A DNA stretch of 64,000 nt from a virus (IMGVR_UViG_3300046678_000400:5463-69462), one strand, 5' to 3'. Counted from the first letter of the stretch, positions 20,581 through 30,647 are shown. The notes: generated from the sequence alone by a model not told the origin. A program made the numbers and translations.

Positions 20581-21345
20581 TCAAAGTTGATTGTAGAACG
20601 GACATAATCGCATATAATCGCATCTTTTGCAATGCGGACCTATATTTGGAATTGCCTTATCTGGATTAGTTTCTTCAATTTCTTTATGAACTTGGAGCAT
20701 CCGCACAGGCACAGAATCCAAAGTTTTTTCTGAAAATCTTACTGGATATAATTTGTTATCATCTAAGAAAAATAGTGCAGCTTCGATATTGGCTGCTGGA
20801 ACCTTAAATTTTTCTCTTACTACATAGCAATAACATTGCAATTGTAGATCAGTTGTTATAGTTCTGCTATCTTTTCTCCATTGGCTGGGCTTAGTTGTTT
20901 TCCAATCAAGTAAGAAAAAATTATCTTTCTTGCGTATTACACGATCTATAAAGCCAGTTAGAATCCTTCCCTTGCCGTCCATATCCATATCGAATTTCCA
21001 CTCTATATCTCCATCAAAGCCAATCTTATCAACAAGCCGCTTATAATGTCCAAGTTGTCTTATTAAAGCCTGTTTATATTCTGGGGTTATATCAATAGGC
21101 GCTGGTTTTTGTCCATGTTGTAATTCTATCTTGCCAGTAATTAAATCAGAAGCAATTTTTTCTACTTCTTCACTACCCCTATTTTTTGTATGAAGCTCTA
21201 TTGCCCTATGAACAATTTTGCCATATGTAAAGTAAAACTGTTCAGGTTCAGGAGATTTAATATTTAAATGATATCTAAATTTATACTTTACTTGACACTC
21301 TTTATAACATTGGTCACGAGATACTGATATGTGATTTATTTTCAT
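20581..21345 (-). CDS. PD-(D/E)XK exonuclease (AddB/Cas4-like)
   Basis: CQVKY, YGKIVH, GFIDRV, LLDWKT, LQLQCY, C-terminal HCKRCDYMRLC. Confidence 0.9.
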   Translation of the reverse strand: MKINHISVSRDQCYKECQVKYKFRYHLNIKSPEPEQFYFTYGKIVHRAIELHTKNRGSEEVEKIASDLITGKIELQHGQKPAPIDITPEYKQALIRQLGHYKRLVDKIGFDGDIEWKFDMDMDGKGRILTGFIDRVIRKKDNFFLLDWKTTKPSQWRKDSRTITTDLQLQCYCYVVREKFKVPAANIEAALFFLDDNKLYPVRFSEKTLDSVPVRMLQVHKEIEETNPDKAIPNIGPHCKRCDYMRLCPFYNQL

Positions 21346-21395
21346 AGTATGGTAATATAATTAAGTATCGTCCTATTGTAATTAAATTAAAACTT

Positions 21396-22445
21396 ATGTC
21401 AACAGAAATTTCTTTCGATATTTTTTGGGAATGGGCAATAACCAAGTTTGGCGAAGAGAATTGCGAACAAAGAGGAGAAGAGGTTTGTATTAATTCTCCC
21501 TTTGTGCCAGAACATTCGCCCGACCGAGGCCAACATCTCTGGTGTAATCCATCCAAAGGCGTTTATCACTGCTGGAAAAGTGATAAATCTGGAACACTCC
21601 ACAATCTTGTCATGTTTAAAGAAGGCTGTGATTTCTTAGAAGCCCAAGAAATATTAGGCGGTGACCGAGCACTTTATAAGTTAAATGATAAAATCACAGA
21701 ATTTTTCAAAAATAAAAAACACCAAAAAGAATCAGAAAACAAAATTACAACTAAAAAGGATAATCTATTAGAACTTCCGCCTGGCGCTGTTAGAATATCT
21801 GATTTAAAACCGGATGATAGACTTAGAATTATAGCAGAAAGTTATCTAAAGTCAAGATCACTTTCGATTGGAAATTTGTATATTTGCGGTAATGGCAGAT
21901 ATGCAATGAGAATTATTATTCCATATTACGGTCCAAATAATCAATTAATCTATTTTAATTCTCGTGACATTACTGGCCAATCCAAACTACGTTATAAGGG
22001 ACCGCCCAAAGAAGTAGGTATTGGAAAAGGTGACGTAGTTTGGATGAATAGTTGGCCAGCAGAAGGATCGACTGTACATCTAGCAGAAGGTGAGTTTGAT
22101 GCAATGGCTTTGTGTCAAATAGGTTTTAACGGTGGAGCAGCAGGGGGTAAAAACTTTAGTGATAAGCAACTACAACTATTAAAACCGTATAATATAACAA
22201 TTTGTTTTGACTTAGATAAATCAGGGACAGAAGCACTAAATAAGGTTGGAGCTTTTCTAAGGGCTAAACCTTTTGTTAGAGGTAACAATAATAGAATAGG
22301 CTACGTTAAGCCAGCACAAGGCTACAAGGACTGGAACGATATGCTAATCAAACTTGGAACAAACATTCTTCAATCTTACATAAAGGACCGTGAAAAACTT
22401 CTATCTTGGGATGAACTAGAAAAGCTACAGTTGAAATCTATTTGA
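21396..22445 (-). other. Minus-strand overlap check for the primase locus: no credible antisense gene
   Basis: Only short antisense ORFs overlap the primase. Confidence 0.2.
21396..22445 (+). CDS. dnaG: DNA primase (zinc-binding + TOPRIM)
   Basis: SPF...YHCWKS zinc-ribbon region, RIIIPY, YFNSR, LAEGEFDA, CFDLDKSG, KDWND. Confidence 0.92.
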   Translation: MSTEISFDIFWEWAITKFGEENCEQRGEEVCINSPFVPEHSPDRGQHLWCNPSKGVYHCWKSDKSGTLHNLVMFKEGCDFLEAQEILGGDRALYKLNDKITEFFKNKKHQKESENKITTKKDNLLELPPGAVRISDLKPDDRLRIIAESYLKSRSLSIGNLYICGNGRYAMRIIIPYYGPNNQLIYFNSRDITGQSKLRYKGPPKEVGIGKGDVVWMNSWPAEGSTVHLAEGEFDAMALCQIGFNGGAAGGKNFSDKQLQLLKPYNITICFDLDKSGTEALNKVGAFLRAKPFVRGNNNRIGYVKPAQGYKDWNDMLIKLGTNILQSYIKDREKLLSWDELEKLQLKSI

Positions 22446-22945
22446 GAGCCTACATGAAAAATCGAATTACTAACGGCCATAAAGATGATATCACGGAATT
22501 GAGAACATTTTTTTTGGCTTGTGAATTTAAACCAAATTCCCCCCTTTTTTCCATAATTGACCCATTTGCATACAATATACAACCTGCCTTTATAAATGGA
22601 TCATTGGGAATTATTTCTTACGATCCAGAAACTTATTCTATAATAGATATTGATGACGCTGCTGCTCCATTATTGGGTTATATATTAACCATTACAGAAC
22701 CAGACACGCTAACAATGTTAGATAAGATCAAGGGATATTATGGACCAGAAGCATTTAATACTCATCAAAAAAAAATAATAAGAGCATTTACTGAAATTGA
22801 TGTTTATCAAAGTGCTTGGATTTATCAACTAAGCGAAACTGTATTAGAAAAGTATGAACAAATAGAACAAGTAGAATTAGGAATATGGGATGAACTAGAT
22901 GAAACTCAAGTGAAGTTTCTAGAAAAAATTGGTGAAAGCCTATGA
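22442..22945 (+). CDS. Divergent gamma-glutamylcyclotransferase (AIG2)-fold protein
   Basis: FF..CEFKP, A.INGSL, LLGYIL, LDKIKGY, AWIYQL; catalytic Glu position is K. Confidence 0.45.
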   Translation: MRAYMKNRITNGHKDDITELRTFFLACEFKPNSPLFSIIDPFAYNIQPAFINGSLGIISYDPETYSIIDIDDAAAPLLGYILTITEPDTLTMLDKIKGYYGPEAFNTHQKKIIRAFTEIDVYQSAWIYQLSETVLEKYEQIEQVELGIWDELDETQVKFLEKIGESL

Positions 22946-23331
22946 TAATTGACGGTGTTGATTTTTGGAAAGAAAACAATCACACACTAAGAATGTGGGA
23001 CGAGCAATATAAAATTGGTCCATTAAATACCCGCATCTCTGAAAAAGTTAGAGTAGGAGAAGAATTTACAATTTCATTAGCAACAGAAGATTTTTCATTA
23101 GTTAAACTACTACAAAAACAAGCCAGTATGCACCATGAATGTAGTATGTTAATAACTGTAGAAAATCCAACAACACGAAAAGAAATGTATCAAGTTTTTT
23201 TTACAATACAACTTACAACCATTGAAATAGCTGACTTCTTAGAAGATGTAATAGAAATAAGCGTACATTATATGTGTAAATCAGCAGAGGACGTAACATA
23301 TTATGATTCACAAGCAATACGAGAAATTTAA
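22942..23331 (+). CDS. Hypothetical protein
   Basis: ORF in an overlapping operon. Confidence 0.5.
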   Translation: MIIDGVDFWKENNHTLRMWDEQYKIGPLNTRISEKVRVGEEFTISLATEDFSLVKLLQKQASMHHECSMLITVENPTTRKEMYQVFFTIQLTTIEIADFLEDVIEISVHYMCKSAEDVTYYDSQAIREI

Positions 23332-23668
23332 AGGTAAAATCTGCACCATCCTAACAGCACCTACTAGCTTTCCTTTTCGTGATCCAAAACAACATGCAGA
23401 GTTTTTCACTGGTGAAGTTGTTGAGGTAGATGCCTATGGAGTTAAGATTAAGAATCTTAATAACAATACATTCGGATTCTTCTCATATCCTTTAATTGGA
23501 ATAGTTGAAGAACAAACTGTATCTAAGTCTGATCCTAATTACCAAAAAATTAAAGATGAACTCGAAAAGAAAGAGCCAAAAAAGCCCATCCTTAGTACAG
23601 GGGGTTCAACAACCTTTATGCCCATAGAAGAAATGACCAAGATGGCTAAGAAAATTAAAGAACGTTAA
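23303..23668 (+). CDS. Sm/LSm-like small beta-barrel protein
   Basis: KGKICTIL...FFTGEVVEVDAYGVKI pattern. Confidence 0.4.
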   Translation: MIHKQYEKFKGKICTILTAPTSFPFRDPKQHAEFFTGEVVEVDAYGVKIKNLNNNTFGFFSYPLIGIVEEQTVSKSDPNYQKIKDELEKKEPKKPILSTGGSTTFMPIEEMTKMAKKIKER

Positions 23669-24126
23669 TCAGCGACATACTCACCGATTTTCTTTAGACA
23701 CATAATAGCAGAATCAAAATTATGATATTCACTATTAATGTATTCCAAACTTAACATGTCGAACTTCTCTAAATTCTCATCAGAAATTTCAAAATAGAAA
23801 TTCCTGTGATGTCTACCAGCGCACTTAAATCCATGCATCTTCAAATAAGCCGCTGCGCCTAAATCGGAGATACCCTTCTTTGTATTTGCTGTAGAAGCTA
23901 ATCGCTCGGATACCTTTTTTAAACTCATTATACAAGCATCAAAATCATGATATGGCGAATTGATATATTCTAAATTTAGTGCCTCAAAAGGCTCTATTTC
24001 ATCTTGACTAACATCAAAGTAAAATGTGCGACCTTTTCTGCCAACACACTTAAACCCTTTCATTCTTACATACGCTGCCTCTCCCAAATCATCAGATGAC
24101 TTGCGGAGTTTTTTGTTATCTTTCAT
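23665..24126 (-). CDS. Tandem-repeat small-domain protein (DUF5659-like), possible DNA-binding adaptor
   Basis: Two ~70-aa repeats: DLGEAAYVRMKGFKCVG / DLGAAAYLKMHGFKCAG. Confidence 0.55.
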   Translation of the reverse strand: MKDNKKLRKSSDDLGEAAYVRMKGFKCVGRKGRTFYFDVSQDEIEPFEALNLEYINSPYHDFDACIMSLKKVSERLASTANTKKGISDLGAAAYLKMHGFKCAGRHHRNFYFEISDENLEKFDMLSLEYINSEYHNFDSAIMCLKKIGEYVAD

Positions 24127-24269
24127 GTCTTTCCTTCTTTCTTATAGTTCTTATTGCACTCATTACATAGATAACAAAACATTAATATTGGATGGCAAAA
24201 GAATTTGTTTCCATCCGTTTGTGTCTTATTACATTTACAACAATGCAATTTCTTATTTGATTTATTCAT
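24123..24269 (-). CDS. 48-aa C4 zinc-finger microprotein (below the ORF-track cutoff)
   Basis: Manual translation MNKSNKKLHCCKCNKTQTDGNKFFCHPILMFCYLCNECNKNYKKEGKT; stop overlaps the next ATG. Confidence 0.6.
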   Translation of the reverse strand: MNKSNKKLHCCKCNKTQTDGNKFFCHPILMFCYLCNECNKNYKKEGKT

Positions 24270-24270
24270 A

Positions 24271-25284
24271 TTAATTAACCGAATGATTCTCTGCTGCTAC
24301 TAATGCTCCACGGGATACAGCATACAAATGGTCTGCTGGTTTTCTAATTTCCCCAACTGGAATACTCCATTGTGATTCCTTCACCATTTCCGTAAACAAT
24401 TCAACGAAGCCCGGCGGAGATGAAGTGCCACCTGCTACAATAACATCAAGAGGATTTTCTGTAACTGCTCTAGCTCCAGCTTCAATAATTCCCTTCTTGA
24501 TAGAAACTACCGTCTTTTGAATCAGTAATTCATACTGAGTCTTAATAGCTCTTTCCAACAATGTTGATGGAGCCTTAGTTAAATCAATCTTGGTTTTTTC
24601 TTTATTAATGACTGTTGGAGTTTCACCACAAGCCTTTGCTGCCATCTTATCTATCCAGTCACCAGCATTAACAAGCGACATCTGAAATATTGGCTGACTG
24701 TAAATAGAATAACACAAGTTAACCATACCAGAACCAAATGAAATACCGATTCCTGTGTATTGTTTTGATAATAATTCAGCTAGGACCAAACATAAGCCTT
24801 CATTGATTGAAAATGCTTGTACCGTTTTATTGTTGATGTTATATGCTTTGAATATTGACTTTAAAACTGCATTGTGATAATCTGCGTCGGTATCTTGATT
24901 AATTGCATTAGCTGGAACTGAGTAATATAGAACTTCCTTATCTTTATCTACTTCGCCCATAAGAGAATGAATCATAATAGAAAGTGTGCGAAAGGCATCT
25001 TTTTCTTGTGGGTTCAAACAGCCATCTTTCATGGGTCTATGCAAAACAATGCCCGGCAAAGTATAAGCCATATCAATAGCAGCTTGCCCCACGATATAAG
25101 CAAATTTTTCACGCTCAATAATAGGAATAGGTGGCTTAATTGACTTCATAGCGTTTAGTGTAGTTTTATTTTCGTCAACTAAAAATTCTATAAAACAATT
25201 AACCTGTTTGCGATTTTTAACTTCTCCATCTGTTCTTTTACTACAAATTAAGTTGTATGTTCCAACGTCAAAACCTATTGGCAT
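24271..25284 (-). CDS. Actin-superfamily ATPase (ParM/MamK/MreB-like)
   Basis: Phosphate-1 GFDVGTYN, connect INEGL, phosphate-2 GISFGSGMVN, AGDWID, adenosine VAGGTS. Confidence 0.85.
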   Translation of the reverse strand: MPIGFDVGTYNLICSKRTDGEVKNRKQVNCFIEFLVDENKTTLNAMKSIKPPIPIIEREKFAYIVGQAAIDMAYTLPGIVLHRPMKDGCLNPQEKDAFRTLSIMIHSLMGEVDKDKEVLYYSVPANAINQDTDADYHNAVLKSIFKAYNINNKTVQAFSINEGLCLVLAELLSKQYTGIGISFGSGMVNLCYSIYSQPIFQMSLVNAGDWIDKMAAKACGETPTVINKEKTKIDLTKAPSTLLERAIKTQYELLIQKTVVSIKKGIIEAGARAVTENPLDVIVAGGTSSPPGFVELFTEMVKESQWSIPVGEIRKPADHLYAVSRGALVAAENHSVN

Positions 25285-25413
25285 AAAATCTCCTAAATAA
25301 TTCTGATAATAATATAGTCAGTCTTGAAAGTTTATTTTTTGCATTTCCTATATAATTTGTCTGATTCTTTACTCATGATATGTTATATACTTTTTTAATA
25401 TTAAGGAGTTATC

Positions 25414-25755
25414 ATGAGTGGAGTTACAGCAAACTTTATATACTGGTGGAACATAATCAGGGGAATTTTCCGCATTGGAGAATTTAATATTACGGGTTCA
25501 ATTACTCTTGGCCCAGGAGATCACGAAATAGTTATAGATACTACTTTCCCAAATCCATCAGTAATATTGTTGCAATGCGAAGAACCAGATAATGGTGGCA
25601 TCACTACTTGTATGGGTAATTTAAATTGGGTTGCCGCAAGAACAATGGAGCAAGGTTTCATACTTTACGCAAGAATAGTTACAGACAGCTGTGATATTAA
25701 TTGGGTAGTTAAATATGATGCCTCTACTCCTATAAAACCAACTGATAAAATTTAA
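25414..25755 (+). CDS. Hypothetical beta-rich protein
   Basis: AAGGAG RBS. Confidence 0.55.
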   Translation: MSGVTANFIYWWNIIRGIFRIGEFNITGSITLGPGDHEIVIDTTFPNPSVILLQCEEPDNGGITTCMGNLNWVAARTMEQGFILYARIVTDSCDINWVVKYDASTPIKPTDKI

Positions 25756-25764
25756 GGGAGTCAA

Positions 25765-26763
25765 ATGAAGGTTGTTACTGCTCTTGGCTGGTATGGAAAA
25801 GATAACTGTGGAGATGAAAGTTATAAATTAGCCTTCCCTACAGTATTTCCAGATTATGAGTGGAGGTTTACAGATTTTTTAACGCCGGAAAAACTTAGTC
25901 AAACAGACGCAGTTGTTCTTGGTGGCGGAGATGTTATGTCTGATCCTTTTCTTAATCAACTAGCATTCGTCTCAAAACCTAAACATATTATTTCTACTTC
26001 TGCCACAATTTCAACAGACCCAGATAAACTAGTTGGGTTTAAAAACATTATTGTTAGAGATACTAGTTCAGTAGAAATATTAAAGAAAAAAGGCATTCAG
26101 GCAAAATATAAGCCAGATGTAGCGTTTTCATTAACAGCAGATAAAATGAACGGAAGAAAACTTATTCGTAAAGAATTTGTTGCTCAAAAGAGAGATTTGT
26201 ATGAGAAGATAGTAGTAATAGTTATGAATGGCTATTTGGCTGATGCTGAATCCAATTCATACGATGTTCGTAAGTTTATTAACTTTCACAAATTGGCTTA
26301 CGATATGGGTCATGTAATGGATTTCACACCAGCAAGTTTTATATTCATTCCATTTGGTCAAAGACTGCCTTGGGATGATCGTGTACCTAATATGTGGGTT
26401 GCGCAAAAGGCTAAATTCTGGCAGAAAAATGTTACAGTTCTTAATGAATTAAGTGTTCAAAATATTTTAGATATTATCAGTGCAGCAAATGCGGTAATTA
26501 GTACAAGATTACACTCTACTATTTTTAGCATTACTACTAATACTCCATTTATTGATATTATTCATAATCATAAAAACTCGGCGTTACTTGATACGATAGA
26601 TAGAAAACAGTATTCTATTCCTTACGAAGCATTTGACGCTGAAAAAGTTAAAAAAATGCTCAAACATCTTTTGTGGACACCAGACACAGAGAAAGATTTA
26701 CAAGCAATCTCAGATAAGCAAAAAACCTTATTGAAAAGCGCAAGAGAAATATGTTTGGTATGA
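25765..26763 (+). CDS. Polysaccharide pyruvyl transferase family protein
   Basis: GWYGKDNCGDE, VVLGGGD, VRD, PDVAF, ISTRLHSTI. Confidence 0.8.
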   Translation: MKVVTALGWYGKDNCGDESYKLAFPTVFPDYEWRFTDFLTPEKLSQTDAVVLGGGDVMSDPFLNQLAFVSKPKHIISTSATISTDPDKLVGFKNIIVRDTSSVEILKKKGIQAKYKPDVAFSLTADKMNGRKLIRKEFVAQKRDLYEKIVVIVMNGYLADAESNSYDVRKFINFHKLAYDMGHVMDFTPASFIFIPFGQRLPWDDRVPNMWVAQKAKFWQKNVTVLNELSVQNILDIISAANAVISTRLHSTIFSITTNTPFIDIIHNHKNSALLDTIDRKQYSIPYEAFDAEKVKKMLKHLLWTPDTEKDLQAISDKQKTLLKSAREICLV

Positions 26764-26781
26764 GAATAGGAGAAGCACAAG

Positions 26782-28056
26782 ATGTATGTAAGTTACGATA
26801 AGAATAATGTCATCACAGCAATATCAAAACTGCCATTTAAAATTAAAGGGCAAATTGTAAAACAAACTAACATCCAAGTAGACAATGCCCATGCGCTTAT
26901 TGGAAAACAAATAGTTAAAGGCAAAAAGCCGATTAAAGAACTCAAGGTTGCTGCTATCTGTAACTGGGGAGATAATTGCGGTATAGCAACTTATAGCAAA
27001 TTCTTATTTGATGAAATTAAAAATAAAGTTGCTGACCTTCGCATATTCGCAGAACATATACCTAATAAAATCAAAGACGAACCAAATGTTGTAAGATGCT
27101 GGCAACGAGGCCATCCAACTCAAGAATTAATTAATGAATTGGAAAATTACAATCCAGATTTCATTATAATACAACACGAATTTGGCATTTTCCCAAAAGC
27201 TACCTACTTCCTACAGCTACTCCAAGCTATAGAGAACTATCCATATGTTTTAACACTACACTCCGTCTACGAACATCTAGATAAAGCAGTTTGTACATCA
27301 GCCATTAAAAACATTGTAGTTCACACCAATGAAGGTAAGGAAATTTTAATAGCAACCGGAAATACTAATAACATCCACATAATACCTCATGGCTGTGTTA
27401 AATTTTCAGAGGATCAAAGAAAAGAACTTTGGAATATCTTTCAGACACCTTACGCCATAGTCCAATTTGGATTTGGTTTTTACTATAAAGGTGTAGATAC
27501 GGCCATCGAAGCTGTAGCCATTCTTAAAAAAGAAAAACCAGATAAATATAAAGAAATTTTCTATTGCTACCTATGCAGCGAAAGCCCTCACTCAAATAAC
27601 GTTCATACTAATTATTATAATTTTTTAATGGATAAAGTAAAAGAATTAGGCGTAGAAAACAATGTTGTCATTATAAGAAAATTCCAAAGCGAACAAACAA
27701 TAAACAATTATCTTAGAACTGCCAAATTAGCATTATTTCCATATAGAAGTGATCCAAATAACACAGTATATGGCGCTTCTGGCGCTGTAAGGATTGCTAT
27801 GGCTAATGGTTGTCCTATTGTCGCTGGTGGAAATCATCAATTTGATGATCTAGAAGGTATTTTGCCTAGAGCAACTACAGCCGAGGAATTAGCCTTTGAA
27901 ATTGATAAGATTTTTTCTAGCGAAACTCATCGTAATAACATTATAGCAAAGAGCCAAAAATATATCAATGAAAATACTTGGGACATATGTGCTGATAAGT
28001 ATTTAGCATTATATGAAAAGACATTACCTAGTGGTGTCGATGCCAAAACCCTCTAA
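26782..28056 (+). CDS. GT4 glycosyltransferase
   Basis: CGIATYS, IQHEFGIF, IPHG, FGFGFYYKG, FPY, ASGAVRIAMA. Confidence 0.85.
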   Translation: MYVSYDKNNVITAISKLPFKIKGQIVKQTNIQVDNAHALIGKQIVKGKKPIKELKVAAICNWGDNCGIATYSKFLFDEIKNKVADLRIFAEHIPNKIKDEPNVVRCWQRGHPTQELINELENYNPDFIIIQHEFGIFPKATYFLQLLQAIENYPYVLTLHSVYEHLDKAVCTSAIKNIVVHTNEGKEILIATGNTNNIHIIPHGCVKFSEDQRKELWNIFQTPYAIVQFGFGFYYKGVDTAIEAVAILKKEKPDKYKEIFYCYLCSESPHSNNVHTNYYNFLMDKVKELGVENNVVIIRKFQSEQTINNYLRTAKLALFPYRSDPNNTVYGASGAVRIAMANGCPIVAGGNHQFDDLEGILPRATTAEELAFEIDKIFSSETHRNNIIAKSQKYINENTWDICADKYLALYEKTLPSGVDAKTL

Positions 28057-28251
28057 TGGTTTTTCTGATTGAAATTCTGGAATTGCAAACAGAGAATCAG
28101 GTATTTCTATGTCTACATCTTTCTTAACTGGCTTAGCGTCTGCACTAACAGAAAAACCATCTTGATTTAACGTTAATGTTATATTCAGATTAATGGTTAT
28201 TTCACCATTTGCAGTTTGTGTAACAATTTGTGGTTGAGTCAAGACTTTCAT
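28024..28251 (-). CDS. Hypothetical protein
   Basis: ATG 4 nt after TATATA. Confidence 0.5.
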   Translation of the reverse strand: MKVLTQPQIVTQTANGEITINLNITLTLNQDGFSVSADAKPVKKDVDIEIPDSLFAIPEFQSEKPLEGFGIDTTR

Positions 28252-28324
28252 ACTTTATATATATCATTAAAAATATTTTCATATTGACTTATTTGCAATC
28301 TTATGATTGCATCATTGGCCACTA

Positions 28325-28427
28325 TAATGCAAAAGGCCAGAATAAAGTGTGGTTAGGTCAAGAATACGCCAGCTATCACCATTGCCCAAGTGTCTTAATG
28401 CAAAAGGCCAGAATAAAGTGTGGTTAG
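28325..28427. repeat. Two perfect 32-bp direct repeats separated by 39 bp
   Basis: TAATGCAAAAGGCCAGAATAAAGTGTGGTTAG at 28325-28356 and 28396-28427. Confidence 0.9.
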
Positions 28428-28454
28428 TCAGGTCGAGATACTATTATATATCTA

Positions 28455-29090
28455 ATGCGACCAAAAACAATTCTAAATGGGTATGATAATGAAGCAATAA
28501 AAACTTTAATAACTATTCATTCTTCTGTTGAAAAACCTAAAATATTAGATTGCACTTATAACAAGGGTGTAATGTGGAAAAACACGGATTATAAGCCAAT
28601 TCGTATGGATATTGACCCATCTTTGCCAAATATTGATGTGGTTGCTGACTTTAAGAAAATGCCTTTTGAAGATAAATCCTTTGATATTATAGTATTCGAC
28701 CCACCACACCTGCCATCTGACATTGGTTGCAGTTCTGTTTATAAAGAGATGTATAACACTGACAAATTCGATGAAGGAAGAGAAAGATATAACATATCAG
28801 CAATATTTAAACCATTCTTGATGGAAGCTAAAAGAGTATTGGTTAAACATGGCATTATCCTAGCTAAACTTGCCGATTTGGTTCATTCTCATATCTACCA
28901 GTGGCAAATGGTGGATTTTATCAACGCTGTGAGAGAAGCTAACATGATGCCTTGCGATATGCTTATAAAATGCGATCCAAGAGCCGGAAGAATGGAATCC
29001 GGCGTATGGAAGAATGTCTATCATCTAAGAAAGGCACATTGCTACTGGCTAGTAGTTCGCAATTCAAAAAGATGTGAAAGGGTTCATTGA
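28455..29090 (+). CDS. SAM-dependent (probably DNA amino-) methyltransferase
   Basis: ILDCTY..G, DF..MPF.D.SFDIIVFDPPHL. Confidence 0.75.
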   Translation: MRPKTILNGYDNEAIKTLITIHSSVEKPKILDCTYNKGVMWKNTDYKPIRMDIDPSLPNIDVVADFKKMPFEDKSFDIIVFDPPHLPSDIGCSSVYKEMYNTDKFDEGRERYNISAIFKPFLMEAKRVLVKHGIILAKLADLVHSHIYQWQMVDFINAVREANMMPCDMLIKCDPRAGRMESGVWKNVYHLRKAHCYWLVVRNSKRCERVH

Positions 29091-29091
29091 G

Positions 29092-29679
29092 TCAGGAACC
29101 AGCAATGGCAAAACACCCTCTAGAAATAGCAGTCGGTTTATCGACAATATTAATAACTTTAAAGTATTTTGCAATAGATTCTTTCAACCAATTATTATAA
29201 GTAATTTGGTCTACATCACCATCAATAATGAAAACGTTTTTGCAATTAGGCAATACATTATTAAAAATGTCTTCTCTATAGTAATTTGGAACTTCTGAAA
29301 GACACATATTGGATACAAATAAATCATATGATTTATTGAAGGTTTGTTTGTAGTTTTTTGACTCAATGAACGTACCAGATAAATTATTTTCTTGGAGCAA
29401 TCTCATTGAATCTCCCATATTTTTCTTTAGGTCTAAAATAGTATATTCTTTAATGGAAAAAGATCGCATTAACATTAGAGCAAAATTTCCAGTTCCAGGC
29501 CCAACTTCTAAAACAGTACCACCTTTAAAGTTAAGCATTCTTTTAAAATATTCAAAATATACTTTTTCTTTTTGAGTATAACAACCTTTTCCTTCTAAGC
29601 CGGGTTTTATTGATCCTGCACCGTTTCCCCATAGATTGGTAATGTGGTTAATTTTATCTTCTACATCGTATTTTGTCAT
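29092..29679 (-). CDS. Class I SAM-dependent methyltransferase (sugar O-methyltransferase-like)
   Basis: VLEVGPGTG, YTILDL, DLFVSNMCLSEV. Confidence 0.75.
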   Translation of the reverse strand: MTKYDVEDKINHITNLWGNGAGSIKPGLEGKGCYTQKEKVYFEYFKRMLNFKGGTVLEVGPGTGNFALMLMRSFSIKEYTILDLKKNMGDSMRLLQENNLSGTFIESKNYKQTFNKSYDLFVSNMCLSEVPNYYREDIFNNVLPNCKNVFIIDGDVDQITYNNWLKESIAKYFKVINIVDKPTAISRGCFAIAGS

Positions 29680-29682
29680 AAT

Positions 29683-30630
29683 CTATATAGGAAATCTTTT
29701 TCGTAGTTTATCAAATGCCTTCACTATTTCCTCCCCTGTAATCTCCGTCATACAAGGCTTTCTTCGCTCTTTACTCTTAGGACATTGCCCCCAGGTATAG
29801 CAAGGTCCGCAATCCCATCCTGGTGTGTAATTTCTATGCTTCTGTATAAGTTCCCAACTTTTATAATATTTGCCATAAGTAAGCCCACACGACCAAGCAA
29901 AGATTCCAACTTGAGGTTTTCCTAAACCACCAGCAACATGAAAAGCTGCACTATCCACTGTTATAACGTAATCAGCAGCATCTATAATTGCCATAAAACT
30001 TCTAATGTCTTTCCCTGCTAAATAAGGAGCATCAAATTCTTTTGGCTTATAAGAATGTATTCCAAATATAAAACAACCCATATTGCGAACTTCGTTAATG
30101 ACTACATTCCATTGAATCGCATCTAAGTTCTTGCTATAAATGGCTGACATTGGTGCAAATGCTACAACAGGTCCAGCACGATCCCTAATTTCTTCTATAT
30201 TGTTTTTGGCTTCTAATTTTTCTGCGTCTGTAATTTTTAGATACATTTCGTGTTTAGTTAATTTTATACCGCAACTCTCTGCCCATATGTCTGCCCTATG
30301 CGGAGAAGAGAAGGGTGCATTCTTTGTTTCAGTAGCGCCGCATATATGACTAGTATCATAAACAGTCAGAAAATCGTTGTGGTCTACTTTATCAACAACA
30401 TGGTCAACAAATGGATGATATAATAAAGCCTGATGAAAGTTGGATGGACAAGCGAATGTGATCTTGACTTCTGGACATAAAATCTTAAAATCTTCAAATA
30501 TCATTCTATGCATTAGAATATCGCCAAGCCCACCAGAACTTCGATTAATAAGAATATGGTTCTTCCTATCAAAGAATTTTCTTAAACTCCAAGGCTCTAC
30601 TTTCGACGGCGACTTTAGTATTTTACCCAT
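29683..30630 (-). CDS. GT9 heptosyltransferase-like glycosyltransferase
   Basis: GGLGDILM, ITVDSAAFHVAGGLGKP. Confidence 0.85.
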   Translation of the reverse strand: MGKILKSPSKVEPWSLRKFFDRKNHILINRSSGGLGDILMHRMIFEDFKILCPEVKITFACPSNFHQALLYHPFVDHVVDKVDHNDFLTVYDTSHICGATETKNAPFSSPHRADIWAESCGIKLTKHEMYLKITDAEKLEAKNNIEEIRDRAGPVVAFAPMSAIYSKNLDAIQWNVVINEVRNMGCFIFGIHSYKPKEFDAPYLAGKDIRSFMAIIDAADYVITVDSAAFHVAGGLGKPQVGIFAWSCGLTYGKYYKSWELIQKHRNYTPGWDCGPCYTWGQCPKSKERRKPCMTEITGEEIVKAFDKLRKRFPI

Positions 30631-30647
30631 TTTTACTCCAATAGTAT

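Noticed and set aside
28325-28427. CRISPR array call
   Set aside because: Only two repeats, non-palindromic, and no cas operon; the PD-(D/E)XK gene at 20581 is an ordinary phage exonuclease
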